A stretch of DNA of 64,000 nt from Thermodesulfobacteriota bacterium (GCA_963675595.2 CAXXLZ010000001.1:736001-800000); one strand, 5' to 3'; numbered from the stretch's first letter, positions 1 to 11,695 are shown. Notes: generated by a model not told the origin, from the letters alone. A program made the numbers and translations.

Positions 1-594
1 CGTGAGAAAGCCGGCTCCGCCTCTTCCCCGGAGTCCCGATTCGTAAACGATGCGCGTGACCTCCTGCTGTGGGAGGGACAGCGCTTTGACCAAGGCCTCA
101 TATCCACCGGCGGCCAGATACTGGTGAATACTTTCCGGGTCGATGTCGCCGCAGCGTTCCATAACGACCCGTTGCTCCATGCTGAACCTCGGAAAGTCGG
201 ATACCGCCGGCAAGAGATCGTTGGCTTCCATTGCTCCGAGAAGGAATTCCTGGAGAGGATCCCCCTCTTCGAGAAAAGCCTTCACCAAAATCCGGGCACG
301 TCCGGGGGTGACATTGTAGTAGCACAAAGGCGGATAATCCGGCGTTCTGATCACCACAAGAGGCTCCGCGTAGCAATGCCCCAGGCAACCTACGGCAACG
401 ATACGGGCCGCGATCCCATGCTCCTCCAACGCCTTTTCGAAGGCTTCCCGCGTCTCCGCCGCACCCGCGGCCAGTCCGCAAGTGGCCATCCCTATATAGA
501 TCACCGGGGCGGAGTCGGAATCCTGTTGTTCGACGTATTCCCGGGCCTCCCGAATCAGATCGGCGTATCGTTCAGTCATTGCTTGCGAGTTCAT
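1..594 (-). CDS. nuoF: NADH-binding NuoF/HydB-like subunit with N-terminal thioredoxin-like [2Fe-2S] domain (partial, runs off window start)
   Basis: Not in ORF track (no stop in window). Manual translation from ATG at 594: MNSQAMTERY...IYIGMATCGLAAGA...VGCLGHCYAEP...RCGDIDPESIHQYLAAGGYEAL...ESGLRGRGGAGF, the NuoF FMN/NADH signature; overlaps the nuoE stop. Confidence 0.88.
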   Translation of the reverse strand, partial: MNSQAMTERYADLIREAREYVEQQDSDSAPVIYIGMATCGLAAGAAETREAFEKALEEHGIAARIVAVGCLGHCYAEPLVVIRTPDYPPLCYYNVTPGRARILVKAFLEEGDPLQEFLLGAMEANDLLPAVSDFPRFSMEQRVVMERCGDIDPESIHQYLAAGGYEALVKALSLPQQEVTRIVYESGLRGRGGAGFLT

Positions 595-1147
595 TTCCCT
601 CACCGGCTTTGCTTTCTCGCTCTTGTCTTTCCCGCTCGATTTGAAAGCCCATAATGAGACCTTCGACCTTGCTGGGCTGCATATGTCCTTCCACTTTTTC
701 GTCCACGAGGGCCACGGGCGCCAAGGCGCAACAGCCCACGCAGGCTACCTTTTCGAGGCTGAATTCCCGATCTTCCGTGGTTTCCCCCTCTTTGATGCCC
801 AATTTACGCTCGAAGTTCTCCAATATGATGTCCCCACCGCGAACGTGACAGGCGGTTCCCAGACACATCTTGATCTGGTGCTTGCCCGGGGGGTTGAAGC
901 GGAATTGGTTATAGAAGGACGCCACGCCGTAGACTTCACCGCTGGATATGTCCAGATGTTCGGCCACCAAACGCATGACATCCGGTGCCAGGTAGGAGTG
1001 TTTGCGTTGGATCGACTGGAGAATGGGAATCAACTCACTGCGTTCCTTGCTTCGGGTCGACAGCAGATCAACGACGTCTTCAAACATGGCGGCTTCTTCT
1101 GCGGCCGGACCCTCCAGAACCATAGGACTTGTTTGTGTATTCGCCAT
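572..1147 (-). CDS. nuoE: NuoE/HydC-like [2Fe-2S] subunit
   Basis: LIPILQSIQ, VASFYNQF, CLGTACHVRG and ACVGCCALAP motifs. Confidence 0.92.
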   Translation of the reverse strand: MANTQTSPMVLEGPAAEEAAMFEDVVDLLSTRSKERSELIPILQSIQRKHSYLAPDVMRLVAEHLDISSGEVYGVASFYNQFRFNPPGKHQIKMCLGTACHVRGGDIILENFERKLGIKEGETTEDREFSLEKVACVGCCALAPVALVDEKVEGHMQPSKVEGLIMGFQIERERQERESKAGEGNELASND

Positions 1148-1278
1148 GATCGGATTGAGCGTCCGGCCGGAATCGCCGGAAGCGTTGCTCCTTTCGTCGG
1201 GATTTGGGGCCGGAGAATTTCACGGTACCGGTCCGTGAGTGGGGAAAACCAAGGCAAGGGGAGTAAAATCAGTATGTT

Positions 1279-1307
1279 ATCATACAGTCCGCAGACCGGA
1301 TTGTCAA
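1279..1307 (-). promoter_or_regulatory. sigma70-type promoter for nuoEF
   Basis: Minus strand TTGACA-17 nt-TATGAT, about 130 bp upstream of nuoE. Confidence 0.7.
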
Positions 1308-1341
1308 GTCTGCTTCGGGCGAAATGTGGAACAACGATGCT

Positions 1342-3375
<2,034 letters not shown>

Positions 3376-3453
3376 TTATCCGGCGCTTCTTGGGAGGACT
3401 CGCCGGCCGGGCGATGCATGAAAAGTGACTTGTCGTCCGTTGAAAAAGGCCTG

Positions 3454-5421
3454 TTATCCTCTGAGCTTTCGGATGGCTTCCTTAGCCTCTTTCAGCCGCG
3501 CGTAGGCGTTTGGAAACAGGGTATCGCATTCCGTGTGAGGCAGGAACTGACTGCTGGTGTAATTCTCCATGTAGCCGGGGGCTACGCTGAGTTCGAAGTT
3601 GGTCATTTTGTCCACGAGTTCACCCACTTCGGCCCTCAGACCGTTACACAAGGCCACCAGCCTGGCTCCCAGAAGCGACCCGTTACCCACGAATGTGAAA
3701 CGATCCACCGGAAGGTCCGGCAAGAGCCCGATGAGCACCGCCCTTTCGATGTTGACGGACTGCCCGAAGCCACCCGCCAGGATGACTCGTTCCAGGTCGT
3801 TGACGTTCAGGCCTACGGACTTCATCAGGGTCATATAGGCTGCGTACATAGCCCCTTTGGCACGGATCAGGTTGTCGATGTCCACCTCGGTCAGCGAGAT
3901 GTCGCGCCCGATTTCCGTGTCTTGTGACCACGCCAGGACATATTCGGGTCCATCATCTCCGGATCGGATGCGCTCGCAGGGATGGTCCAGATCGAAGTGC
4001 CCGCTCTCGTCGATAATTCCCGCCATGAGAAAGGCGGCTACGGCGGCTATGAGTCCTGAGCCGCAGATTCCTTTGGGGAGCGCATTTCCCACGGTCACGA
4101 TAGCAGGCTCTCCGGTGACGGGGTTGACCGAGAAGTTTTCAATGGCTCCTTTGGACGCCCGCATGCCGAACTTGATGCCGCCTCCTTCGAAAGCCGGTCC
4201 GGCGCTGGCTGCGGCACAAGCCATCCAATCCTTGGAACCCACCACCACTTCGCCGTTTGTCCCCATGTCGATGAACAAGGTCAATCTTTCATCCCGGTGC
4301 ATCCCCACGCCCAGCACGCCGGCGACCACGTCTCCCCCAACGTAGGACGCTACACTGGGGAACAGAAGCATGGGCGTGTGTTCGGGCAACTCCAAGCCTA
4401 GCTGGACCGCCTTAATGGGAGGGTAATAGGTGGCGGCGGGTACGTAGGGTTCGAGTCGGATATACTTGGTGTCCATGTTCAAGAGCAGGTGAGTCATGGT
4501 GGTGTTGCCGGCCAGTGTTACCAAGTTGACGCATTCCCTGCGGGCGCCGGTGCGCTTGAAAAGCAGGTCCAAGAGCTTGTTGATGGAGGCCGTGGCCGCA
4601 TGCTGCAGGCGTTTGGAACCTTCTTCCTTACCCGCGTAGATGATCCGACTGATCACATCTTCTCCGAAACTGATCTGTCCGTTGAAATCTCCTTCGGTGT
4701 CCAAAATTTCGCCCGAGTTCAGATCCAAGAGTTGAGCCCACACCGTGGTGGTGCCGAGATCCACCGCAACGGCGAGGTTTGTGGCGGCGGTATCCCCCGG
4801 TTCCACTCGCGTCACGGTGTTGCGGCCGGCTTTACGGCCCACCGGGCGCATGATGGTGCTGGTAACGGTCCATTCTCCTTCGCGCCAAGCCTTGGGCAGA
4901 TCGCGGATGGCCTCGAAATCGAAGCCGAAATTGGACTCTCCCGAGAAATGCAGAGAGTCCAGAAGCCTGACGACGTCGCTACGGTTGTCTTCGAGCGTGG
5001 GAGCGGGAGCTTTGCTGACGATCTTCTGCACGGCGGGAGTGAACCGACATTGTTCTTTGAGCTCCCTCCCACCGATGAGTTGGGCTTTTTGCGTGGTTCC
5101 CGAAGCGAGGGCTTTGAGTGCGGTCTTATCCAAAGTCTGTTCCGCGGGTAGACGGACGACAACGTCTTCAACGATTCTCGAGCGGCAGGCCAGTCGAACT
5201 CCGTTTTCTATGTCCTGCGCACTCAACTTCTCCGAAGTCCCTCCTTCGACCTTGCCTTCTTCCAGGATGACCCTGCATTTTCCGCACACGCCTTGGCCGC
5301 CGCAAGAGGCGTTGATATGGACGCCCGCGGCAAGCGCGGTTTCCAGCAAAGTGGCGTTGTGAGGGGCCGAGGCTTCAATCCCGAAGGGTTCGAATCGGAC
5401 GAGATGACTATCGCGTTCCAA
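3454..5421 (-). CDS. ASKHA-domain reductive activator of corrinoid proteins (RACo/AcsV, DUF4445) with N-terminal [2Fe-2S]
   Basis: CGGQGVCGKC...RLAC, VDLGTTT, DMGTNGE, ASAGPAFEG, GICGSG, LAGGFG motifs; TTG start after GGAG. Confidence 0.92.
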   Translation of the reverse strand: MERDSHLVRFEPFGIEASAPHNATLLETALAAGVHINASCGGQGVCGKCRVILEEGKVEGGTSEKLSAQDIENGVRLACRSRIVEDVVVRLPAEQTLDKTALKALASGTTQKAQLIGGRELKEQCRFTPAVQKIVSKAPAPTLEDNRSDVVRLLDSLHFSGESNFGFDFEAIRDLPKAWREGEWTVTSTIMRPVGRKAGRNTVTRVEPGDTAATNLAVAVDLGTTTVWAQLLDLNSGEILDTEGDFNGQISFGEDVISRIIYAGKEEGSKRLQHAATASINKLLDLLFKRTGARRECVNLVTLAGNTTMTHLLLNMDTKYIRLEPYVPAATYYPPIKAVQLGLELPEHTPMLLFPSVASYVGGDVVAGVLGVGMHRDERLTLFIDMGTNGEVVVGSKDWMACAAASAGPAFEGGGIKFGMRASKGAIENFSVNPVTGEPAIVTVGNALPKGICGSGLIAAVAAFLMAGIIDESGHFDLDHPCERIRSGDDGPEYVLAWSQDTEIGRDISLTEVDIDNLIRAKGAMYAAYMTLMKSVGLNVNDLERVILAGGFGQSVNIERAVLIGLLPDLPVDRFTFVGNGSLLGARLVALCNGLRAEVGELVDKMTNFELSVAPGYMENYTSSQFLPHTECDTLFPNAYARLKEAKEAIRKLRG

Positions 5422-5696
5422 GGGTCTTCTCCTGTTATAGGTTTTTCAAGTGAATGCCCTATCATTTCATAGTCGTTGTCTCTTTTCCAGTTCCAAAGGA
5501 CGGTCTGTCCAATTCAACGGCTCTCTGATTCCGCTCTCCGGCGGACTCCGCGGTTCACCGGACCTTCCGAGCGGGAACCTCGGTCGGGGTTCCGATCGGG
5601 TGTTCAGAATCCGGACCTGTGTGGTATACTTGTTGAAGATCAGAGGAGAAATTTCGTTCGTGGCTCAAGGTTTCGGCACGGGGAAAGGGGACGGGC

Positions 5697-7190
5697 ATGT
5701 CCATGTCGGGAAGCGCTTACCAGGAAAATACGGTCTATTCACGAAATCGCCTTTCCGGGCGAGGGCTTGACTGGTCCAACCAGCCGTCGCCGTACAGAGA
5801 ATATCCTTCCGCGATACATGTTCCTTTGCCGACGGAAATTGCCTGGCCCACGGCCTCCACTCGGCAGGTGATGTCCGTTTCTTCTCGCACTGCGAGCCGA
5901 CTCTCCGGCCTTGAAGAGACGGCCATGATCCTTCATCTTTCCGGTGGTCTCACCGCCCGTTCCGGACATTCGGGGGACGTTTTCTATTTTCGGTCTTGTC
6001 CTTCGGCCGGGGCGCTCTATCCGATTGAGGTCTACCTCGCATCAAGGAATCTTTACGGGCTTCCCGACGGCATGTACCATTTCACCGTGAACCGCTTCGC
6101 TCTGGCCGAGTTGCGACGGACGGAGGAGGTGGATTCCGGTCGGAAGGAAGACTCCGCCGGGGGCCCGTCCGAGGACCCATCGGTGCTGTTCCTGCTTTCC
6201 GCCGTGTTTTTCAGAAGTGCCTGGAAATATGGAAAGAGAGCCTATCGTTATTGTCTTTTGGACGCGGGACATTTATTGGAGAATCTGATGTCGGCGTTAA
6301 AGGCGGGCGGCATAAGGGCAGGACTCCATGATTCTTTTCCGGACTTCGCGGCGCAAAGAGCGGCGGGGATAGCGGATCCTCGGAACGAGGGGGTGTTGGC
6401 TGTTGTGGAAGCGGGCGCCTCCGGCCTATATGAGTCCATCATCGGCTCAGCCGAGGCTCCGCCGGACGTCCAAAGCGGGATACCCGAACCCACGCCGTCG
6501 GCGGTGCGCATCGAGACCTTTTCGGAAATTTCCGGTGTTCAGGAAGGGACGAGCGTTGCTCTTTCACCGTCGGCTCCCGAGGAGAGGGAAAATGATCCTT
6601 CAGAGAAGCGGGACTGGATTCCTTTTCCCCAACCCACGGTTCAGGAAACCCCCCCATTTGTGGATGCCGTTCGTGCGCGACGCTCCAAGAGGAACTTCGT
6701 GGTGGGGCGGCTCCGACGAGATACGCTGGGGTTGCTGCTTCACTTGGTTTTTGGCGATGACGAACACGGTCTGTTCGACTCACCCCGTCCGGAAACGGGA
6801 TTGATTGTGGGGAAGGTGGAGGGCGTGGACCCCGGGTATTACGCCCTGGACGCTTCCCGAAAAGGCATGGCGCTTCTGAAGCCCGGTGATTTAACAAGTC
6901 CCATGGCCGAGGCATGTTTGGACCAGATGTGGTTGGCCAATGCCGGTGTTCATTTCGTTTTCCATGCGGACCTGGGGCGGCACGAACAGCTTCATGGGGC
7001 CAGGGCCTATCGCTCCCTGCTCATGAAGGCCGGTCGAATGGGAGAACGAGTCTACCTTGCGGCCGCCGCTCTGGGTTTGGGGGCGTGCGGCATCGGAGCC
7101 TACTATGACGATGAGGCGGGACGTATCCTGGGGCTGAAAGCCGGTGAACGGCTGCTCTATCTCGTGGCCGCGGGAGCCGTCAAGCGATGA
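5697..7190 (+). CDS. SagB/ThcOx-family dehydrogenase (tandem nitroreductase-like domains)
   Basis: RSCPSAGALYPIEVY, WKYGKRAYRYCLLDAGH; second domain RRSKRNF...RAYR...GLGACGIGAYYD. Confidence 0.9.
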   Translation: MSMSGSAYQENTVYSRNRLSGRGLDWSNQPSPYREYPSAIHVPLPTEIAWPTASTRQVMSVSSRTASRLSGLEETAMILHLSGGLTARSGHSGDVFYFRSCPSAGALYPIEVYLASRNLYGLPDGMYHFTVNRFALAELRRTEEVDSGRKEDSAGGPSEDPSVLFLLSAVFFRSAWKYGKRAYRYCLLDAGHLLENLMSALKAGGIRAGLHDSFPDFAAQRAAGIADPRNEGVLAVVEAGASGLYESIIGSAEAPPDVQSGIPEPTPSAVRIETFSEISGVQEGTSVALSPSAPEERENDPSEKRDWIPFPQPTVQETPPFVDAVRARRSKRNFVVGRLRRDTLGLLLHLVFGDDEHGLFDSPRPETGLIVGKVEGVDPGYYALDASRKGMALLKPGDLTSPMAEACLDQMWLANAGVHFVFHADLGRHEQLHGARAYRSLLMKAGRMGERVYLAAAALGLGACGIGAYYDDEAGRILGLKAGERLLYLVAAGAVKR

Positions 7191-7221
7191 AACCGAAATT
7201 CCGGTTCGAAAGGGGGGCTTC

Positions 7222-8022
7222 GTGTTGACGGAAGAGGAGTTGGCCCGATATGAACGTCAGATCATTCTTCCCGAAATCGGACCGAGCGGACAGGAAAAAC
7301 TGAAGGAATCGAAGGTCCTGATCGTGGGCATGGGAGGCCTCGGATGTCCGGCGGCCCTCTACTTGGCGGCGGCCGGCATCGGCACCGTTACGTTGGCCGA
7401 CTTCGACTCCGTTCACCCGAGCAATCTGAATCGGCAGGTTCTATACTGGGAAGAAGACGTCGGCAGACTCAAGGTGCGTTCCGCAGCGGAAAAACTCAGG
7501 AGATTGAACTCGTCGATCAAACTGTCCACGGTGACGGAGACCCTCGATGAGGATAATCTACCGGGAATCGTCTCCATGCACGACGTGGTATTGGACGCCC
7601 TGGACAATTTGGAGACCCGCCGCCAAGTGAACCGGGTCGCCGTCGAGTCCGCTACTCCCTTCATTTACGGAGGCGTTCGGGGGATGGACGGGATGACCAC
7701 CTGGATCATGCCCGGCAGGACTCCCTGCCTGCACTGCCTGTTCCCGACCGACGATCGCAAGACGATCTTCCCGGTGCTCGGCACGACTTCCGGCATGATC
7801 GCCATGATCCAGGCCACGGAAGTGATCAAGTATCTGACGGGGATGGGGGAGCTGTTGTGCGGCCGACTGCTTTTCTATGATGGAATGCGGATGGTGTTTT
7901 CCGAGGTTCAAGTCACTCGGGATCCCCAATGTGCCGTCTGCCGGACAACGGAGAACGGTTCCATAGTCGGGAACGCAGATGAAACGGAAGAGGAAGGAAA
8001 CCGTCCCGATGCCGATTTATGA
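7222..8022 (+). CDS. HesA/MoeB/ThiF-family adenylyltransferase
   Basis: RYERQI, GMGGLG, SNLNRQ, DALDN, PCLHC and CAVC motifs; start at GTG 7222 or TTG 7225. Confidence 0.92.
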   Translation: MLTEEELARYERQIILPEIGPSGQEKLKESKVLIVGMGGLGCPAALYLAAAGIGTVTLADFDSVHPSNLNRQVLYWEEDVGRLKVRSAAEKLRRLNSSIKLSTVTETLDEDNLPGIVSMHDVVLDALDNLETRRQVNRVAVESATPFIYGGVRGMDGMTTWIMPGRTPCLHCLFPTDDRKTIFPVLGTTSGMIAMIQATEVIKYLTGMGELLCGRLLFYDGMRMVFSEVQVTRDPQCAVCRTTENGSIVGNADETEEEGNRPDADL

Positions 8023-8365
8023 GTATGTGGCCGAAGATGCGGATTCGGGTTGCCCGGAATGCGGACACGGATTTGAAGTTCTGCAGAAAGTCGGTGAGTC
8101 TCCTGTGGAAACATGCCCTCGATGTCGGGCCCGAGTCAAAAGGGTGCTCTCTCTGTGCCGGGCCAATGTTGTTGAGAATTCGGAAGCCTCGGTGAGAGTC
8201 GAGAGTCGAATTTCAGGCTATGAAAAGGAGGGGAAATGGAGTCATGCTGCGGAATTAGCGGATAAGTTCTCTGAGAAGAGCAAGAACTCCTCCATGAAGA
8301 CCAGAGCTTTGGAGAACTATAAGAAGGCGGGATATAATACCGATTCCATGGAGTCGAAGGACTGA
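8009..8365 (+). CDS. FmdB-family zinc-ribbon protein with C-terminal helical extension
   Basis: MPIYEY...CPECGHGFE...CPRC pattern. Confidence 0.85.
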   Translation: MPIYEYVAEDADSGCPECGHGFEVLQKVGESPVETCPRCRARVKRVLSLCRANVVENSEASVRVESRISGYEKEGKWSHAAELADKFSEKSKNSSMKTRALENYKKAGYNTDSMESKD

Positions 8366-8684
8366 CGGTCCCCGGAAGATTCCCTCGCTCTCCCCCCGAA
8401 GTCGGCTGACTTCAAGCCGTCGAGGACCATGATGCATAGCCGGAGGATCCTCAGGAAAGGTCTTGTAATATTCATAAAGAGATGCGCATTTTTCATCCCG
8501 CCATTGAGAGATTGCGGTCATTGGGGAGCGGAGACAAACGATGTCATTTAGGGCGCCGACATCCCAATCAGTCATTGGCACCTATGAGTGCGCCGCAGGG
8601 GAACGTGACGCGGCGTAAGACCCGCGCGTTTCCTCCGTCTATTGTGCCCGACTCCCGTAGGCGGATGGTGGAGGTCGATGGAAC

Positions 8685-9350
8685 ATGATCAAGCTCGATG
8701 AGGACGATTATCCTAGCGCACGCGAACGTATGGTTCGCGACCAAATCGAAAGGAGGGGCGTGTCCGATTACAGAGTGCTCGAAGCCATGAGGGAGGTCCC
8801 CAGACACCTGTTCGTACCAAGGGACCTATGGCCCGAGGCATATGACGACAGGCCTTTGCCCATCGGTAGGGGACAGACCATTTCACAACCTTATATTGTC
8901 GCCTATATGACGGAGGCTCTGAACCTGAAAGATGATGCCAGGGTGCTGGAAATCGGCACGGGTTCGGGCTACCAAGCCGCCGTGCTCAGCCGAATCGCAC
9001 GGGAAGTCTACACCATCGAGCGAGTCCCGGAGTTGTCGCGAGAGGCTCGACAACGGTTCGAAGAGCTTGGTTATACCAACATATTCTGTCACCTCGGGGA
9101 CGGCACTAGAGGCTGGGACGCCGAGGCCCCCTTCGATGCCGTTATGGTGACGGCCGGAGGAACACAGATTCCGATGCCCCTGACCGAGCAGTTGGCCTTG
9201 GGGGGCGTGCTCGTAATTCCCGTGGGGCGGAACGAATACGGTCAGAACCTCATGCGGGTCACCAGGATGCCCGACGGAGATTTCCGAGAGGAAGCTCTGT
9301 TGGGCGTGGCCTTTGTACGATTGATCGGCGAACACGGGTGGAAGGAATGA
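8685..9350 (+). CDS. pcm: Protein-L-isoaspartate O-methyltransferase
   Basis: VPRHLFVP, GQTISQPY, VLEIGTGSGYQAA, APFDAVMVTA. Confidence 0.96.
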   Translation: MIKLDEDDYPSARERMVRDQIERRGVSDYRVLEAMREVPRHLFVPRDLWPEAYDDRPLPIGRGQTISQPYIVAYMTEALNLKDDARVLEIGTGSGYQAAVLSRIAREVYTIERVPELSREARQRFEELGYTNIFCHLGDGTRGWDAEAPFDAVMVTAGGTQIPMPLTEQLALGGVLVIPVGRNEYGQNLMRVTRMPDGDFREEALLGVAFVRLIGEHGWKE

Positions 9351-9483
9351 TCCGTCAAGCAAGGACTTCTTGGCCGGCGTACGGCTGATGCGCGCCGGGA
9401 GAACGAAACGACCGGCCGTTACGCGTGTTTCATTTGGTGCATGTTTCAATAGTTGGGTGCATTTGTCGCTCCAGGGGATTTTC

Positions 9484-9523
9484 GAAAATAAAAGAGCCGA
9501 CCTGAAATCAGGTCGGCTCTTTT
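9484..9523. terminator. Intrinsic terminator, usable in both directions
   Basis: AAAAGAGCCGACCTGA-AA-TCAGGTCGGCTCTTTT perfect inverted repeat; the minus-strand tail reads TTTTATTTT. Confidence 0.85.
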
Positions 9524-9549
9524 GAAGGAGAAGAGAGGGTTGGTTGTAC
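9484..9549 (-). ncRNA. Putative sigma54-dependent small RNA (~65 nt) with CU-rich seed
   Basis: Lies between a consensus sigma54 promoter and a strong intrinsic terminator on the minus strand; body ACAACCAACCCUCUCUUCUCCUUC; no ORF. Confidence 0.6.
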
Positions 9550-9559
9550 ACGTTGATAT

Positions 9560-9576
9560 AGCAAGTACGGTGCCAA
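9560..9576 (-). promoter_or_regulatory. sigma54 (RpoN) -24/-12 promoter
   Basis: Minus strand TTGGCACCGTACTTGCT matches TGGCAC-N5-TTGCW exactly. Confidence 0.8.
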
Positions 9577-10066
9577 TTCTTTTCCTTGGACGTGAAATGT
9601 CTCGAGAACCGCCACAGTGGCCCATTTCCGGCTGATCGGTTTTCAGGTGCCGCGCGAAAAAGAATCTCTGCGATAAAAAAAACTTTACCTTTTTCGGCAA
9701 TTGGGGGATGGTTTTTATATAACAGGCTGATAATATTGTATGAATTTTCTGTAAAAAGTTTTTTATCATGTGGTCGGTAGTTTTTTCTGATTCGGTCGGA
9801 AACAGCAATATAGACATTCTTATTGTTTTATATTGTGATTTCAATTTCTTATCCGGATCACGGCGGAAAGTGGGGACATCGGCAATGGGTCGTATTTTTG
9901 ACGGAGAAGTAGGACAAACGGAAAACATCGTACCGGGTCGTCGTGATTGATGGTAATCGGGGCGTTGTAGCCTGAATATTTCGGAAGGCACGGCCTCTCA
10001 CCGGAACATCCCGGGGAACGAGCGGGATTTGCCCAAGAGCGCGGCTCAACATGAGCGGAAAGGAAC

Positions 10067-10729
10067 ATGGGAATGCAGGAACGTCAGCAGTACGTGGTGG
10101 ACTATCTATCAGCCAATGAGTCGTGGCGTGTATTTCGGATCCTATCGGAACTGGTGGAAGGAATCGAGACTCTGAGTGAGTTGGGTCCTGCAGTGACCAT
10201 ATTCGGCTCCGCGAGAGCGTCATCGGATTCGGTCATATACAGGAGAGCCGAGGAGATTGCGCGCCTTCTGGCCAAAGAGGGGTTCGCCGTCATTTCAGGC
10301 GGAGGCGGGGGCGTTATGGAGGCCGCCAACAAGGGAGCGACCGAGGCGGGAGGCCGGTCCGTCGGACTGAATATTGAACTTCCCCTCGAACAGGAAGCCA
10401 ATCCATACTCGAACATCCAGGTGAGTTTTCGCTACTTTTTCGTCAGAAAGCTTATGCTCGTCAAATACGCTATGGCGTATGTAATCCTGCCCGGCGGTTT
10501 CGGAACGTTGGACGAGCTATTCGAAGCGGTGACCCTGATCCAAACCAAACGTGCGAAACCGTTCCCGTTGATTCTTGTAGACAGCGATTACTGGAGCGGA
10601 CTTCTTGATTGGATTCGTCGGCGGTTGCTGGATGAAGGAAGAATCTCGCGCGAAGACCTTGACATCATCGAAGTTCTCGACGACCCTCATGAAGTGGTTC
10701 ACAGGATCAAGAAGCAGGTGATCTTCTAG
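10067..10729 (+). CDS. LOG-family (TIGR00730) Rossmann-fold nucleotide phosphoribohydrolase
   Basis: IFGSAR, SGGGGGVMEAANKGA, YFFVRK, PGGFGTLDE. Confidence 0.93.
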   Translation: MGMQERQQYVVDYLSANESWRVFRILSELVEGIETLSELGPAVTIFGSARASSDSVIYRRAEEIARLLAKEGFAVISGGGGGVMEAANKGATEAGGRSVGLNIELPLEQEANPYSNIQVSFRYFFVRKLMLVKYAMAYVILPGGFGTLDELFEAVTLIQTKRAKPFPLILVDSDYWSGLLDWIRRRLLDEGRISREDLDIIEVLDDPHEVVHRIKKQVIF

Positions 10730-10878
10730 TTTCGAGGATGGGTGAGTGTCGCGATTCGATTGCCGATCGGCATCCGCCGTTGGAGGCGTCCGAAGACGTG
10801 AGTTCGCCAAATGCTGGACAACGGCCTGAGACTATGCCATTTTATTGATAATTCGGTGTAATCGCGAGAAATACTTTT

Positions 10879-11646
10879 ATGAATTCTGCTGAAGAGATCA
10901 GACGTTGCATGGAACCGGCCGCTTCTCGTGCGGCCGCTTTGGATGCGCTTTATGCGTCATTGCCCGATACGAACTGCTTGTGTGATTCACCGGGAGTTTG
11001 CTGTACTTTTTTGCCGGAGATGACCGCCCTCGAAGCCTTCCGATGGCTTAAAAGGATATATGACTTGGGGCCGGAAGCGGGAACGGAGGCGACGAAGCGT
11101 TTCGTGGAGTTCTATCTTACGAGCCTGGCACGCCTCGGGCATTGTCCCTTCCTGGACGGAGGGAGATGTACCGCATACGATATTCGGACGTTCGCGTGCA
11201 GGGCGTACGGTCTCTGGAGTCCGAAACTGGGAGAGGAGCGCACCGAGAAGAGCAGGGATGATAAGCGCGCATTTCGGCGTATGTGGAAGAAATTCGGTCT
11301 CGAAGTGCCCAAGGAAGTGGTCGAATTCGAGATCGATTACTGCTCAGAGGTGAGTCACGAACCGGGTAAGAGGGTGAACGACGATTTGCTCATGGATGTT
11401 CTGGGGAAGGTTTACCGGTTGAGCCGATCCATGGGTGATTTCCAAAGCCGGTTCGAAGAAGACTATCACTCCGATTTCAGCTTTCTGGTATCGAGTTTGG
11501 CATTGGGCAAACGTGAAGCTCTGATGGCTAAGATGTTGATCACCAAGGAGATTCTGGATGCGGGTACCGACCGCAACCTGCGCAGGACTCTGGAAATGAT
11601 CTCGCCGGAGAAGTTGGGAATGCGTATGCGGGAGAGCGAGCCGTGA
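10879..11646 (+). CDS. YkgJ-family cysteine-cluster protein
   Basis: CLCDSPGVCC...CPFL...CTAYDIRTFACRAYG. Confidence 0.8.
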   Translation: MNSAEEIRRCMEPAASRAAALDALYASLPDTNCLCDSPGVCCTFLPEMTALEAFRWLKRIYDLGPEAGTEATKRFVEFYLTSLARLGHCPFLDGGRCTAYDIRTFACRAYGLWSPKLGEERTEKSRDDKRAFRRMWKKFGLEVPKEVVEFEIDYCSEVSHEPGKRVNDDLLMDVLGKVYRLSRSMGDFQSRFEEDYHSDFSFLVSSLALGKREALMAKMLITKEILDAGTDRNLRRTLEMISPEKLGMRMRESEP

Positions 11647-11695
11647 TGGAACGGTGCCGCCTCTCGAAAACCACAATGAGTGTGAGGTAGCGCAT

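Noticed and set aside
9446-9991. 181-aa minus-strand ORF in the pcm-LOG gap
   Set aside because: No motifs, AT-rich atypical codons, runs through a promoter and a terminator
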